From positions 558,001 to 622,000 of the forward strand of contig JANHCV010000015.1 in NCBI GenBank assembly GCA_025594325.1: a stretch of DNA of 64,000 nt. The letters are read 5' to 3'. Of the stretch, positions 11,812 through 24,635 are shown piece by piece (positions within the stretch are counted from its first letter, which is position 1; every line of letters begins with the position of its first letter). Origin of the DNA: Blastocladiella emersonii ATCC 22665. Lineage: Eukaryota; Fungi; Blastocladiomycota. The translations under genes and the position numbers were made by a program. The notes under the pieces are model-generated. The model worked only from the letters and a program-made list of their open reading frames with translations. It searched no databases and was not told the DNA's origin.

Positions 11812-14800
11812 ATGTCCGACTCGCACACGGCGCCGCAGCCCCCACCACCACCACCCCCGCCGCCGCAGCCGCATGCCGACCGCGCCGCGATCCGCCTCGT
11901 ACGCCGCGACAGCATACGGTCCACCGACTCGGCCCTCTCGCTCTCGGCCGCCGCTGCGACTGGCGCGGTTCCACCCGCATCTGCGCCGGCGGCCGGTGAC
12001 GACGACGCGTCGCGCGACCACGCGCCGCCGGCCCAGCCGCGCCTGCAAATGTCCGAGACCGTCGAGACCACCGTCTCGCAGTCGGCCGCCGGAGATGACG
12101 CGACCGCGACCGAGACCACCACGGACCAGCACCACCCGTCGTCGGCCGAGGCCGCGACCATGGCCGCCGCCGATTCCGTCGCGCGCGCCACGCCGCCATC
12201 GACCCGGTCACCGGCGCACGACGGCGAGGTCGCCGCCGATGGCACGCCGGCGAGCCAGGCCGCCGCGTCCGCCCCGAATTCGGCGCCCTACCCGCCGCCA
12301 TACGTGGCCACCGCGACCTCCTCGGCCTCGGCCGCCACGCCCCTGTACCCGCCCGCCCACCATCACCACACGCACCCGCACCACCATCACTCGGCCTACG
12401 CGTACCAGCAGCAGCAGCAGCATTACGCCGCCCAGCAGTCGCACCCGACGTACGGCCAGTACCACGGGCAGCACCCGCACCATCACCACCACGGCTACCC
12501 GCCCGCGACCTCCTCCTCGGCGGCCGCCGCCGGCCACAACTACGCGTACGCGCACCACTACCAGCGGTACCCGCAGCAGACTGCTACGCCAGCGGGCGCC
12601 CACGACTGGTCCGCCTCGGGTGGTGCCGCCCTGACGCTCGCCCCGCTCGACACCGCGGCCGCTGGATCGGCCTCGGCGTCACTCGACCCGCGCGTCACCC
12701 AGCAGTCGACGCCCGGCCCCGTCTCGTCTTCGGCCGCGCAGCAGCAGCAGCAGCAGCAGGCCGCGGCGTCGGCGCTCCCGACGCCTACGTCGGCCGAGCA
12801 TGGTACGCTTTCATTTTGCGGGTTTGTCGTGGTCCCGTTGTCTCACGACCGTGTCTCGCACCTGTAGGCCACTGGGCCGCGCGTGAGGCCAGCGCGCACC
12901 ACTACGCCGCGCACCAGCAGCAGTACTACCAGCACCACCACTACGCCCAGCAGCAGCAGCAACACTACCAGTCGCAGGCCGGGGCCGCCGAGCACCATCA
13001 CCATCACCACCATCAGCAGCAGCACCTCCAGCGCGACCACCACGGCGCGTCGCCCACCCCGCACCAGCCGTTTGCCGGTACACCCGCGGCCGCGGCCGAC
13101 CACCACTCGCTCGCGGCAGCGTACCCGGCGTCGATCCAGCACCCGGCCGCCAGCTCGTCGTCGTCGAGCGGGAGTGGCACCGGCGGCAGCGGGGTGCCCG
13201 CGCCCACGGCGCTCGCCGCGTCGCTCAGCGTGGTCCCGCCGCCGCCGCGGCGTGCCGCGCCTCAACTGCCCGGTTCGGCGTCGGCCTCGGCCGACCCGGC
13301 GCCCGCCCCGCAGCAGACGCCGGCGGACGCAGCGGCCGCGGCCGAGGACGCGATCCTGGCGACCATGGACCTGCGCGACACGCTGAGTCTGGCGCTGAGC
13401 GCGGCGCCCGAGGAGCTGATGCCGCTGCTCGTGGCCCAAGAAGAGCGCATGGACCTGACGTGCACGAGCTGCAAGGGGAAGGTGCAGACGGCGCAGAAAA
13501 AGGACGGGTTCCTGCGCACGCTGTCGGCCGTCAACAACATTGTCCGCGACAAGCTGTACCGCGCGCGCAACTGTACCATGGAGCAGTACTTTTCGCAGCA
13601 CCACAAGATTTCGCGCGCCCAGGTGTACCGGTTGCTCGATTGTCATACGATTATCACGGTACGCAGCGGTGCTGCGCGGGTTGTTTTCGGGCGTGGACTG
13701 ATCGTCGTTCGGGACTGTGTAGGAGCTCGACGACTTCCCCGAGAAACCCCTCAAGCAGCGCATCTGCCGCACGCTCAAGAAGGTGAGCCCGTCGGTCGAC
13801 GCGCGCCGCATGCTGTGGAAGACGGTCCTCGACCGGTACGGCGTCGCGGCCGTCGGCAACCTGACGTCGGGCGACATCATCGCCACCTGGAAGCTCATGG
13901 CCAACGCGCCCACGGTCCCCGTCGATACCGCCACCGCCGCCGCGTCCGGCATGAACGGACCCGACCCGCTCGCCATCCTCTCGCTCCCCGGCCGCGGCGT
14001 CCTCCACGCCGAGGCTTTGGCGGCTGTCGCCATGGCCGGCGCGCGGGCCGCGAGTGCGAGCAGCGGCCAGCAACAGCAGAACCAGCAGCCGCAGCAGCAG
14101 TACTACGACGACCCCGTCGGCGCTGCCGCCGCGGCCGCGGCCGCGGCCGCCGCGGCCACGGGCGGCCAGTTCTGCGCCGGCGGCAACCCTCCGCCGCCCG
14201 GCGCCGCCAACGTCCAGCACCTCCACCACGTGCACCACCCGAACCACCCCAACTACCCGCACGCCCTGCACCAGCAGCAGCAGCTCCTCGAGGCCGGCGC
14301 CGGCGCCGCTATCCTCCCCGCCACCCGCACCACTACCACGCGCCGCGCGCCCCGCAAGTCCGCCCGGTCCCGCGCCGCCGCCGCCGCTGCGACGCCCAAC
14401 GAAACCGCGTCCGCCCCCGGCGCACCCGCCGACGCGCTCGCCCACGGTAACGGCACCGGCATGATGATGCAGTCGTCGGCGCCCGCGCCGCGCAGCGGCA
14501 GCGAGCCCGCGGCCAAGAAGGCGCGCACCGCCGCGCCCGCCGGGACGCGTGGGAAGCGCGGGGCGGCAGCGGCGGCGGCACAGGCAGCGGCCGCTGCGGC
14601 GGCAGCTGCGAGCGCGGCCGTCAACTCGGCGGCCCCGCCAACGTCCTCGGCGCCCATGACCGCCGCCGCGTACCTCCGCGGCGCGCAGCAGCAGCAGCAG
14701 CTCCAGCTCCAGCAGGCGCAGGCCGAGTACGACCACCACCAGGCGCAGCAGCAGCGCGCGGCGGCGTCGGCCGCGGCCGCGGCAGCCGCCGCTCAGCAAC

Positions 14801-15798
14801 AGCAGGCCCAGGCCCAGCAGCAGCCGTACCCGCCGCCGCACCCGAGCGAGCAGCACCACGCGGTCGCGCAGTTCCGCATCCAGCACCAGCAGCACCAGGT
14901 GGTGCCGTCGGCCCAGCAGCAGCACGAGATGGCCGCCGTCGACCAGTTCGGTGACCCGCTCCTCGCTGCCCCGCCGCAGTCGCTCGCGCGCAACCCGAAC
15001 GCCGCCGCGGCCGCGGCTGTCGGCGGAGGGTACCGCGTGTCGCCCGCCGCGCCGCACCGTCAGCAGCAGCAGCCCGCAGTGTCTGCTGCCGCAGCGGCCG
15101 CGGCCGCCGCCGTGTCCATGATCGGGATCACGGGCGGGCTCGGCCACTACGACGTCGACATGCACGGGCTGTACGGGCTGTCGCCCGAGGCCATGGTCGG
15201 GCTCGACCGGCACTATGCCGCCGCTCAGCACCAGCAGCAGACACAGTACCCGAGCGAGCAGCAGGCGCAGGAGCAGGCGCAGGCGCAGGCGCAGGCGCAG
15301 GCGCAGCAGCGGTACCTCGGCAACGGCGCGTACGCGGCGGCGGGCGGCGGGAACGCCGATAGCGCCTACTTTGACCGGTCCATGTCCATCGACTCGCTGT
15401 ACCAGCAGAACCAGCAGCACGCAGAGTACCACCGGCTCGCGGCCGCGCAGCAGCAGCAGGCGCAGGTGCAGGTGCAGGTGCAGGTGTCGCGCGGCGCCGG
15501 CGGCGGGAACGTGTTCTCGGCCAACGCGGCGGCGGCGGCGGCAGCGGCCCACGGTATGACCCTGCACGACGCGCTGTTCGACCCGTACGCGGCCCAGCAG
15601 CAGCCGCAGCAGCAGCATCACGCGCACCACTTTGATCCCGCGTACGCGGCCCAGCAGCAGGCGACGCCGGCCCCGGCTTCGGGATCCGCGGCGCTCGATA
15701 ACCGCGAGTACGCGTGGCCCGCGGCTGCCGCTGCAGCGGCCGCCATGGCCGCCGCCCAGCAGCAGCATGCGGGTGTCGACAACGGCGACATGTACCAC

Positions 15799-15833
<35 letters not shown>

Positions 15834-16671
15834 CATGTACGCGGGCCAGCAGTACGCGGCGCAGCAGTACGCGTACCAGCAGCACTACGCGCACTACGGC
15901 GACAACAACGGTGCCGGGTCCGTCGAGCCCGTCGCCCGGCACGCGAGTGGGACCAAGCAGCAGCACCCGCAGCACGCCCACGCCCACGCCCATGCGCACG
16001 CACACGCGCATGCCGCCGCGTACGAGGCGTACTACGCGTCGCAGGCACAGGCGCAGGCCCAGGCCCAGGCGCAGGCCGCGCAGGCCCAGTTCGCGGCTTC
16101 GGCCCGCGGGGGTGACGTGTACGCGGCGGCAGCCGGCGGCAGCGAAGAGCAGCATCTCCGCCAGTACCTCGCGTCGCCCAGCAGCAGCCACGAGACGCAG
16201 GCCTCGGCCGCCGCTGCCGCGCCCGTGTCGAACGAGGCCGTCGGCCAGCAGCAGGCGCAGAACCAGGCGAGGACGTCGCCCTACACGTACCTGTTCAACG
16301 AGGACGCGGCCGCCGTTTCGGGGAAGCAGCAGCACATCTCGTCGTCGCCCATCACGGAAACCACGTCGGTCCCGACGGGCGCCACGCCGCCGAATGGCGG
16401 CGGCAAGCTCGCCGGGTTCGCGGACATTGCGCACCTCGGCGCGTCCGCTGCCGCCTCGGCCGCGGCTGCGGCGGCGGCGGCGGCGCGGTACCCGTCCAAG
16501 CCCGGGATCGCCGGCACGCTCGGCAACCCCGTGGCGGCGGGCGGCGTCGACGCGTGGCTCGTCCCGCACGCGGCCGTGTCGCCCAAGTCGGCGGGCGCGG
16601 AACCGGTCGTCGATGGGATGGGCGCGCAAGAGCAGCAAGTGCAGGTCGAGGTCGCCGGCAGCCGCGTATGA
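11812..16671 (+). CDS. Very long low-complexity (Q/A/H/P/Y-rich) protein with one ~150-aa globular, possibly DNA-binding domain (exons 11812-12802, 12868-13658, 13723-16671)
   Basis: Two GTACGC...TGTAG introns join ORFs 11812, 12816 and 13783 in frame. Globular core FLRTLSAVNNIVRDKLYRARNCTMEQYFSQHHKISRAQVYRLLDCHTIITELDDFPEKPLKQRICRTLKK...LWKTVL. Confidence 0.75.
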
Positions 16672-17336
16672 TTATGATGATCGCGCGCGCTGTCCCGCCT
16701 TCCTCCCTCGCACCGCTTCTCCTCCCCTTCCATGTCAACCCCACCACCACTAGATCCATCCGCACCAACCCAACCCAACCCACCCATACCTCCTCCTCGA
16801 CCGTCTCCCGACGCCGCAGCGGTCGCGCGGGGTCGGCGGACCGACGGACGGACGGACGGACCGTGAGCGCGCTCGCTCAAGAGGGATTATTGTCTTCTTC
16901 ATTTGCTCCTTGTCTCGTTCTCGCTACCGTTTCTCTCCTTTTTTTTTTACCCATTCCACCATGAATCGATCGATCCATTTGACTCGCAGCTCGTCCTTGG
17001 TGTCAGTTTCAGCAAGCGACGTGGTCGCGCGAGCGATGCGGGCGAGGTGAGGTGTTCGCTATGGCCGTGGCCACCGAGGTCGTGACCGTGGCCACGGTCA
17101 AAGTTGCTGTCTCGGCTCAGGGTGTCGTCGAGGGAGCGACGCGGGCGAGCGTTCACCGTGGCCGCGGTCGCGTCGCGGGCAGCGTCGCGTGAAACTGCGC
17201 AGGCGGCGCTCGCCGCGACTCGGTTCGCGCGACGTGCGCAGAACATCGTACGCGCGGATTATCAATTCGAGTGAGGAAGCGTGGTATAGATATATGTACA
17301 AGCGAGTGAGCACCAGTCCCGTCCACATCGCCACCG

Positions 17337-19480
17337 TCATCCCCTTGCCGCGCGCCCCGCTGCAGCCGCCGCCGCCGTGGTCGCACGCGGCGACCCGCGT
17401 GTCCTCGCCGACCCCACCGAAACCGGCGGCGGCGGCGGCGGCGGCGTCGCCTGCGCGGCCGCCGTGCGCTTGGTCACGAACGCGAGGATCCACTTGAGAT
17501 CCGTCAGCACATGCTTACACGCGCGGGTCCACGTCTCGTCGGTCGCGCCGAACGCGTTGGCCTGGAGCCGGATACTGATTTCGCCAATCTTCTCCTTGTG
17601 GATGCGGTACGGGAGGCGGAACCCGTCGTCGAGGCGCTCGCAGTAGTCGCCGAGCTGCGCGATGCAGTGTAAGAACGCGACGAGCCCCGTGTCGAAGCTG
17701 CGCGACGACGAGTTGAACGGGAGAAGGCGGCCCAGGACGGCAAAGTCGCCGCCGCTCCCGTGCAGGTCGTACGTGTCGATGCGCGCGGGCGGGGCGGCGG
17801 GGGTGGCGGGGAGGTCGGTGTGGCGGGAGGATTTGGGGTCGGCGACGGTGGGGACGGCGGTGGATGCGGTGAGCGATGAGGTGGCTGAGGACGCGGCGCT
17901 GTTCTCGCCGCTCGCAGTGCCCGAGGAGGACGAGGTGCGGGTGCTGATCTTCTGGACCTTGGAGAAGGAGCCCATGGGCAGCAGCCGGTACCCGCGGAAC
18001 TCGAAGCCGAGCTGCTTCGCGAGCGTGTCGAGCAGCAGGCACGCGTGGCCCCACCCGGCGTTGATTTCGGGCCAGCCGACCTAGACACCCGCTTCGTGTC
18101 AGTCACTGGGTCGCGCGTGAAGGAGCGACACACGCGAAAAGAACGTACCGGATGCGCGGGCGACCGACCGAGCCGACACCCGTTGATGGTGGCAAACACG
18201 CCGTCGTGTCCGATGCGGAACACGTCGTTGAAGACGTTCGTCTTTTTGAGGCGGGCGAGCTGGCGGCACGCGTCGTCGTATTTCGTGTTGAGCGCATCGC
18301 GCTCGGCCTGGAACGCGGCGAGCGAGTGGTGGAAGGCGTTGAGCTCGAGCCAGTACGCGCGCTCGGCGGCATCGAGGTCGCGCGCCTCGGCCTCGACCAG
18401 ATCGCGCTCGCGCACCAGGTCGGCCTCCTCGGCCTCGAGCGCCGCGAGCTCGCGCTCCAGCGCGGCCTCTTCCGCAAGGAGCCGCGCGAGCTCGGCGTCC
18501 GTGTACTCGGTCGACTCGACGGTGGCGGTGCCCGGCGGGTACGCGGCAGCCGCAGCGGCTTCGGCGGACGCGACAAACGCGCGGTACGCATCGAGCTCCT
18601 CGGTGTGCGCGGCAAGCTCTTTTGCCATGAGCGCGCGCATCGACGCCACGCACGACGTGCACGCCGGGAGGACCAGGTCCGGCTCGTTGTGCAGCGCGTT
18701 CAGCTCGCGGTGCAGCCGCTCGAGCGTCGCGAGCTGTGCCGACGTGCGCGACTTGCCCTCGGGCTCGCTGGCACCGTTCGCGACGGGGACCCACGCCGAC
18801 GTCGCGGGTGCAGGCGGCGGCGGTAGTGGCGGCGCGGGCGCCGACGGCGGGTCGGGCAGGGTCCCGTCGAGCGTCGACTGGGTGCGCGCGTCGGGGCTGC
18901 GGCTATACGGTCCGACCGCACCGGTGCCGGCGCCCCCGTTGCGCGGTGACGGCGACGAGACGAGGAGCATCGAGTCGGTGATACTGTTTTCGAGCGGCGC
19001 CGTTGTCGTCGATGGAGGCGGCGTCGCGCGTAATCCCGCCTGCTGTTGCTGGTTTTCGGCAACGAGGATGAACGACTGGTCGACGCCGCCGCCGCGGTGT
19101 TGATAATGGTGGTGCGGTAGCGCATGCGAAGGGTTGTAGGCGCGGTCCGCGGCGCCCATGCGCGCGAGCGCCGTCGACAGCTGCGATACGCCGTCGTCAA
19201 TCACGGCGGGCGTCGCACGCAGCGCGCTCTTGCACCGGCCGCACCGCATCCCGCCGCCCGTGTTGGTGGTAGCGGTATTGGGTGCGCTGCCCGAGTCGTT
19301 GGGCGAGGAGAAGTGGTGGTCGTCGGGCCCGAACGCAATGGCGCTGCGCAGTGACGACGATGACGACGAGGACGAGGCAGCGGCAGCAGCAGAGCCGGCG
19401 GGGGCGCGCGGGTTGCCGCGCAGGGTGCGGGCAGGCACGCCCGGTGGTGGTGGTGGCGGGGCCTTGGACGACGGGTCCAT
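17337..19480 (-). CDS. ATG6: Beclin-1/ATG6/VPS30 (intron 18081-18148)
   Basis: CGRC...DQSFILV, PACTSC, a coiled coil, then LKKTNVFNDVFRIGHDGVFATINGCRLGR|VGWPEINAGWGHACLLL...YRLLPMGSFSKV...FDTGLVAFLHC...LPYRIHK...WTRACKHVLTDLKWILA. Confidence 0.95.
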
Positions 19481-19779
19481 GGTTGTGTGCAGGCGGGCGG
19501 GTATGGGCGGGTGGGTGGCGTGGAGGTATCGTCTGCGGGCAGGTTGCAGCAAGTCGCGGCGGTGGATACGGGCTCGATGCGTGTGCTTCGTGGCGGCAGC
19601 GGAGAGTGCTGAGGGACAAGCGAGCGGCGGGGAGAGAATGGAACGCGTCGGCGCGGGCACATCGCGTGACCGACGCCTCGCCCTACGCCTCGCCCTTTTT
19701 TCGCTGCCGCTTTCGATCGCGCTCCCTCTTGCCCTCAGTACGAACCACGAAGCGAATGAATCTGGCGACGGGACACCAC

Positions 19780-21441
19780 ATGCAACGTGCTCCGCCCACA
19801 GAGCTGTCCAACGAGCACGGCGGCGCGAGAGCTCGTCCCGCACCCGGCCGAGTCTTGGCTGACCGCGGCCCCGACCCGCACCCCTCTCAAACGCTTCATG
19901 TCCGGGCGCTTATGTCTGCTCACACCGCCGAAATTGCCGCCTTGGAGACGGCTCGCGACGACGCCGTGCGCGCGCGGCGCGAGGCGGTCACCGCGGTCCA
20001 GGATCTCACGCTGCAGCTTGCCGAGGCGAACGACTTGCGCCAGATCGCCGACCAGTGAGTGGTGCAGCTCCAACTAGATCTGGATCATGTCCAAGGCCTA
20101 CTTCTCGCTGCTCGCGCCGAGCGCGACGAGGTCGCTGATGCCCTCGCCTTGGTCAACGAGCGCATCCAGGAATCGCTGACGCGCGAATCGCAGCTCGCGA
20201 CCCAGCTCTTCGAGGCGAGGGCGTTGCTCGAGCAGCAGCAGCGTTCTCGTGCACTCGTGCACGACCATCACCAAGCGAATCTCAATCCGCGGCTCACCGT
20301 ATTCGAGTCTCGCCCTGACATCGGTTTCAACACATCGCAGCTCAACTCTTGCAACCAGGACCTCTCTACTGCTCGCGCCGAACTCGCACGTCTGGGCACC
20401 GACCACGCCAAGCCTACATCGGAAATCGGCGACCTGCGCGGGGATTGCAACGAGTTTGCCGTGCAGCTCGAGGATATGCCTGCGCAGCTTTCGGCTGCCG
20501 ACACCAAGGCCAAAGATTTTGGGTCGGACCTTGCGAACGTCGCTGCTAGTCTCAAGATGCAACCGCCTGCTGGCGACCTCGATCTCGCGCAGCAGTTCGA
20601 TTTGACCGATGCCGCTGCTGACAATTCTGCGTCTGCGGAGCTTCAACTGTGCAATGACGAACGTGGCGCGATCGAGAACGTGCCCCGCTTTGAATCAGCA
20701 GATCAGCGCGAGCTTGTCGAGGACCGCGGCGCTTGTGCCGATGCAAGCATTGACGAAATCAATACGACGCTGCTGCCTGATCATTCTGACGGCCACCGTG
20801 TTGCTTCCGGCGAAACTCTCGATATTGTCAACGCCTCGAACTCGACGCTCGAAAGCCGCTCTACCCAATCCGAGTCAGATGCACGTGTACCGCTTACCAA
20901 GGCAGCCCTATCGGGGAGCACTGCGCAGCACGCTGCGGTCATGTGGTCGTCCGAGAGCGCCTGCGCTACCGTTGAACCTGACCAGGATGCTGCTGCAAAT
21001 CTCTCTCGAGTGCCGCTCTCAGATCGCAAACGTAAAGCGCTGGAAGACTGCCCCCATCCGGCCGGTGAACCCAAAACCGCAGCTGATCGTGTACGCCAAG
21101 ACCTTTGGAAAACGATGGAGTGGGACAGCCGCAGACGTAACTTAAAGTTTGTCGAATTCGATGGCGAGCCAGATGGTAATCTGGTCCTTAAGGTCAATTC
21201 CGTGTGGGTCCAGGGAGGAATTTACTCCTGCAGTGTCGCTGTTGATAACCCGCCTCGAGTAACAAGTATGCCCTTTGACGAGGTCAACTCCAAAAAGCCA
21301 CACCTCATCGACTTGTATTTCGGTCTCAATCGGCACAAGGTTGACCCGCGCAAACCCAAGCCTGAGCCTGAGCCTGAGCCTGAACCTGAGCCTGAGCCTG
21401 AGCCCAAGCCGCGCAAGAAGCGTAAGAAGATGAACTGGTGA
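19780..21441 (+). pseudogene. Coiled-coil/chromo-like family copy A, with a premature TGA at 20056-20058; C-terminal chromo-shadow-like domain, (PE)7 and NLS
   Basis: VRALMSAHTAEIAAL...ARDDAVRARREAV aligns with copy C VRELMYSHAAKIRSL...SARNEAV. The frame continues directly after the TGA (ORF 20059..21441) and ends PHLIDLYFGLNRHKVDPRK...PRKKRKKMNW. Confidence 0.65.
21361..21402 (+). repeat. (CCTGAR)7 hexamer tandem repeat encoding (PE)7
   Basis: cctgag x3, cctgaa, cctgag x3. Confidence 0.95.
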
Positions 21442-21844
21442 TTTTGTTGTGCTGTTGGTTGGTATTAATTCCTTCGATTCGATTTGATTAGATTTGAACT
21501 CTGCGATTGTATGGTCGGCGGGTATATATGGTCGATCGGCTGGCGATGCCGCAGCGAGTGGCTCACCGGGGTAACGGGTCGTTGGGGCGGCGCATCGCGT
21601 CTGATCGGGCGACTTGCGCCACTCCACGCGCAACGCCACTCCACGTGCAGCGCTATGCTGCTGCTACACCCTTGTCGCGCCCGCTGTCCTCGCCACGCGA
21701 CTCTCCCTCCCTTTCTTCTCACCTCATGTTGTACTATATTCTCATCGGGACCATGACAGTGAATGAATTGAATGAACAACAGCGACTCGACCTCCACCAG
21801 CGGCACCAACAGTCGAGCGTTCCGTATCCAAGCCCCCACCGAGC

Positions 21845-22753
21845 ATGTCCGCCAGGCTGCCGTCCATCCACAACCTCATGGCGCCACGTCCTGCGCTGAC
21901 ATCGCCCGTGAACCCCGTCTCTCTTGCGGCCGAGCTGTGCTTGCCGCTCGCTATCGCCGACTTGCTCATCAAGAGACTTGAACGCGTGCGCGACCATCGA
22001 CAAGCTGAATTGAACGCGCTTACGTACAGTTTGTTGAGCGGAAGTCCGAAGTGGAGAGCGCAGCGGCAAAGATTACCAAGCTTCGCGGCCCACAAGGAGT
22101 CGTTTGATATTATTGATATTACCGAGCGCGTTAGCAAGCAGGTTGGTGACTAGGTCAAGTCGCACTCGGCCGATTCGAAAGTGCTGGAAGCTCGTGTCGC
22201 CTCGCTCTTGCATGATCTTGCCGCCGCAGCCGATGTCTGGGACTCTTTCGCCACACACATTGCTACTGTCGAGGCTGCTCGCAACGCGGCGACGGAGCTT
22301 CATCATCGCGGGACCGAAAGTTAGACGAAACGAATCGAAGCGCTCTCATCGGACCTTCGTCGCGCGGTCAACGAGCGCGGCATGCTCAGAAATGAGCTTG
22401 CTGTGGCTACGTCGACGTTTGTGCGCAACAAGGATGCTCTCACGGACCAGCTTTCTTTAGAGCGCGCCAAGCACGCGGCTCAGCATGCGCCACTGCACGA
22501 CGAACGTGACGCGGCCATGAGCAAATCCGCTTGCCTTGAAGATGACCTCGACAGTGCGACGCGGTAGCTGGTCCAAATGCGCGCTGACCGCGACAACCAC
22601 ATGAAATGGTTTCAGGAAACCAACGACCGTGTTGCTGCTTTGTCCGCGGCTCGCAATCGCACGGAACCCACAGATCACTCTAAGAAGTTGCCGGATCATC
22701 CACCCGCGAGCTCGAATCAACCACTATATCTTTGCGCCCAACGCCGCGATTGA
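21845..22753 (+). pseudogene. Coiled-coil family copy B, degenerate, with three in-frame TAG stops (22151, 22322, 22565)
   Basis: One frame continues through three TAGs with heptad-like sequence. DQLSLERAKHA resembles copy C AELALEREQHA; ESAAAKITKL in a neighbouring frame resembles AESEITKL. Confidence 0.55.
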
Positions 22754-24635
22754 TGCGCGCCGCGTGCGATCGCGGTACGTTAGTTGTGATCAATTGCATC
22801 CTTTTGAAACAGTTAGTTTGATCAGTCGCACATTCTCAGCTCCAAACGGTGCATGTGCGCGCCGAAAACGCGTCGCGTTTCATGATGGCCGCCTGATGGA
22901 CGCGTCACGTGGGTGGCGGCCCACGTGGGCAGGGGTCAGCCACGCGGTTCCCGCGGACACGGCTGCTGCGCGGCTCCCACACCACCCGCACCCTCGCTCT
23001 CGCCCTCGCGTCCATCGCGTGCCCAAACGAATAAATACTACCCACCATGCAAGCGAATGAAAGAAGTCATTTAGTGCAAGCGCAAGGCAACCCGAGTCCT
23101 CCCAGGAACCTACCTTGGCCCCCGGTCGTGGCCGAGGCCGCCGCACCTGCCCCCGTGCCGTCTGCCTCGTCTTTTCCCGCCGCCGCTCAGTTAGCGGCAG
23201 TGCATGGCCAACAGCTGAATTCGTCCCCTCAATCGCTACTCTCTCTTGGCCCGCGTTGAAGCCGAAAGTTGAACGAATTAGGGAGGGTTTGAAGGTGGGC
23301 TCGTTGCCATCGTTCCGGGCACGCCCGCGGCTCTGGGTAGCACATTGTGCGAGATGATCGTCTCACTTCTCGTGGTGACCGCGCTACGTCAAGAATGTCG
23401 AAACAAAATCCTCGCACTTCTCCATGCGCGCGTAATCGGTGACATGCGAGGCTTCGCGCCTCCGTGTCGGTGCGTCGCTCGTCTGACGAGCTAATTTGCT
23501 GGTTTATGCGCCGTAACCGATTCCGGTCAAGTCGCAGTTTTCACTTGTCGACGGCAATGTACTGACAAATGCACCGTGTCGAGATGCTCGTTGGTCACGG
23601 GTCCAGCTTGACGTCTCTTGGAATATACGTTGATGATAAAAGGTTTTATTAAGCGTCACTCGGTGGTAGTAAACTCAATAAAACGTCTTTTTGAGCGACC
23701 ATTCGTTGAGCGGCGTCGCGGTCGAAATCAAAGCGGCCTTGATAAAAAATGCGACGACCATGACCATGGCCATGGCCATGGTCACTGATCACTCTTGCCT
23801 GGCAGGCACTGGATTTGGGTCCCTCTAAATCAGCCCTCTGTTTGCACGAGGGTGAGTTCAAACCAAGCGCTGTGTTCATGAACATCTCGAAGGAAGTTCT
23901 AGGCGAGGGACTTGGATGGCAAGGGGTAAGCCTCCTTCTATCGTGGCGCTTTGAGCCCAGTTCATGACATCAGTGGGGTGGGTTTAGCCGACTCTAGGTC
24001 GGATCCTCGGGACTAGCCAATCTACTTTGATTCGCATAGCCATGGACCAACAACGTTCGCTTCTCTGACTGCATATCGCGTCAGGCGACCCGCACGTGGC
24101 GGCGCCGCCTCGTTTCACCTCACGTGAACTGTATACATGCATGTATGCAGTGCCGCGCGCCTGCGCCCAATGATGCAACTGTCGCCGCCGGTTTGCCCCT
24201 GAGACGCCATCGGCCCTCACGAGAGGACAACAGGCTGTATGTGGTGGCTAATACTAGCAACTGGTCAAGGGAACAAGAGAGAGAGGGGATGCGGAGGCGC
24301 GTCGTCCGATGTGAGCGGGCCGACGCGTCGCTCGGTGAGGTGAGGCGGTCCGCGGCGATGACAAAGGAGATCGGCGCGGTGCGCGTGACGCGCGTGACGC
24401 GGGCGGGGTCGCACGCGTCCGGTGACTGTGGCGCAACGCGGTCACGTGTACTTGAACTGTTTGGCCTTTGACAGGGTGCGCACGACCCGGCTGTCGCCAC
24501 GCTGGACCACCAGCGGCTCCGCACCGCCGTAGCTTAAATGGATGTATGCATGCATGCACACTCCTTCCCGACACTCAGGAACGAAGCGAATGAACCGGAT
24601 CCCCTCGTAACTTGCTGCATTTACCTTCCCAAAAC

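Noticed and set aside
17061-17192. 43-codon ORF MAVATEVVTVATVKVAVSAQ...
   Set aside because: Too short, with no recognisable motif or other support.
21845-22753. TAG-to-Gln genetic code reassignment explaining the in-frame TAGs
   Set aside because: TAG terminates ordinary genes in this window (THADA, DIRS gag), and copy B also shows frameshift-like damage.
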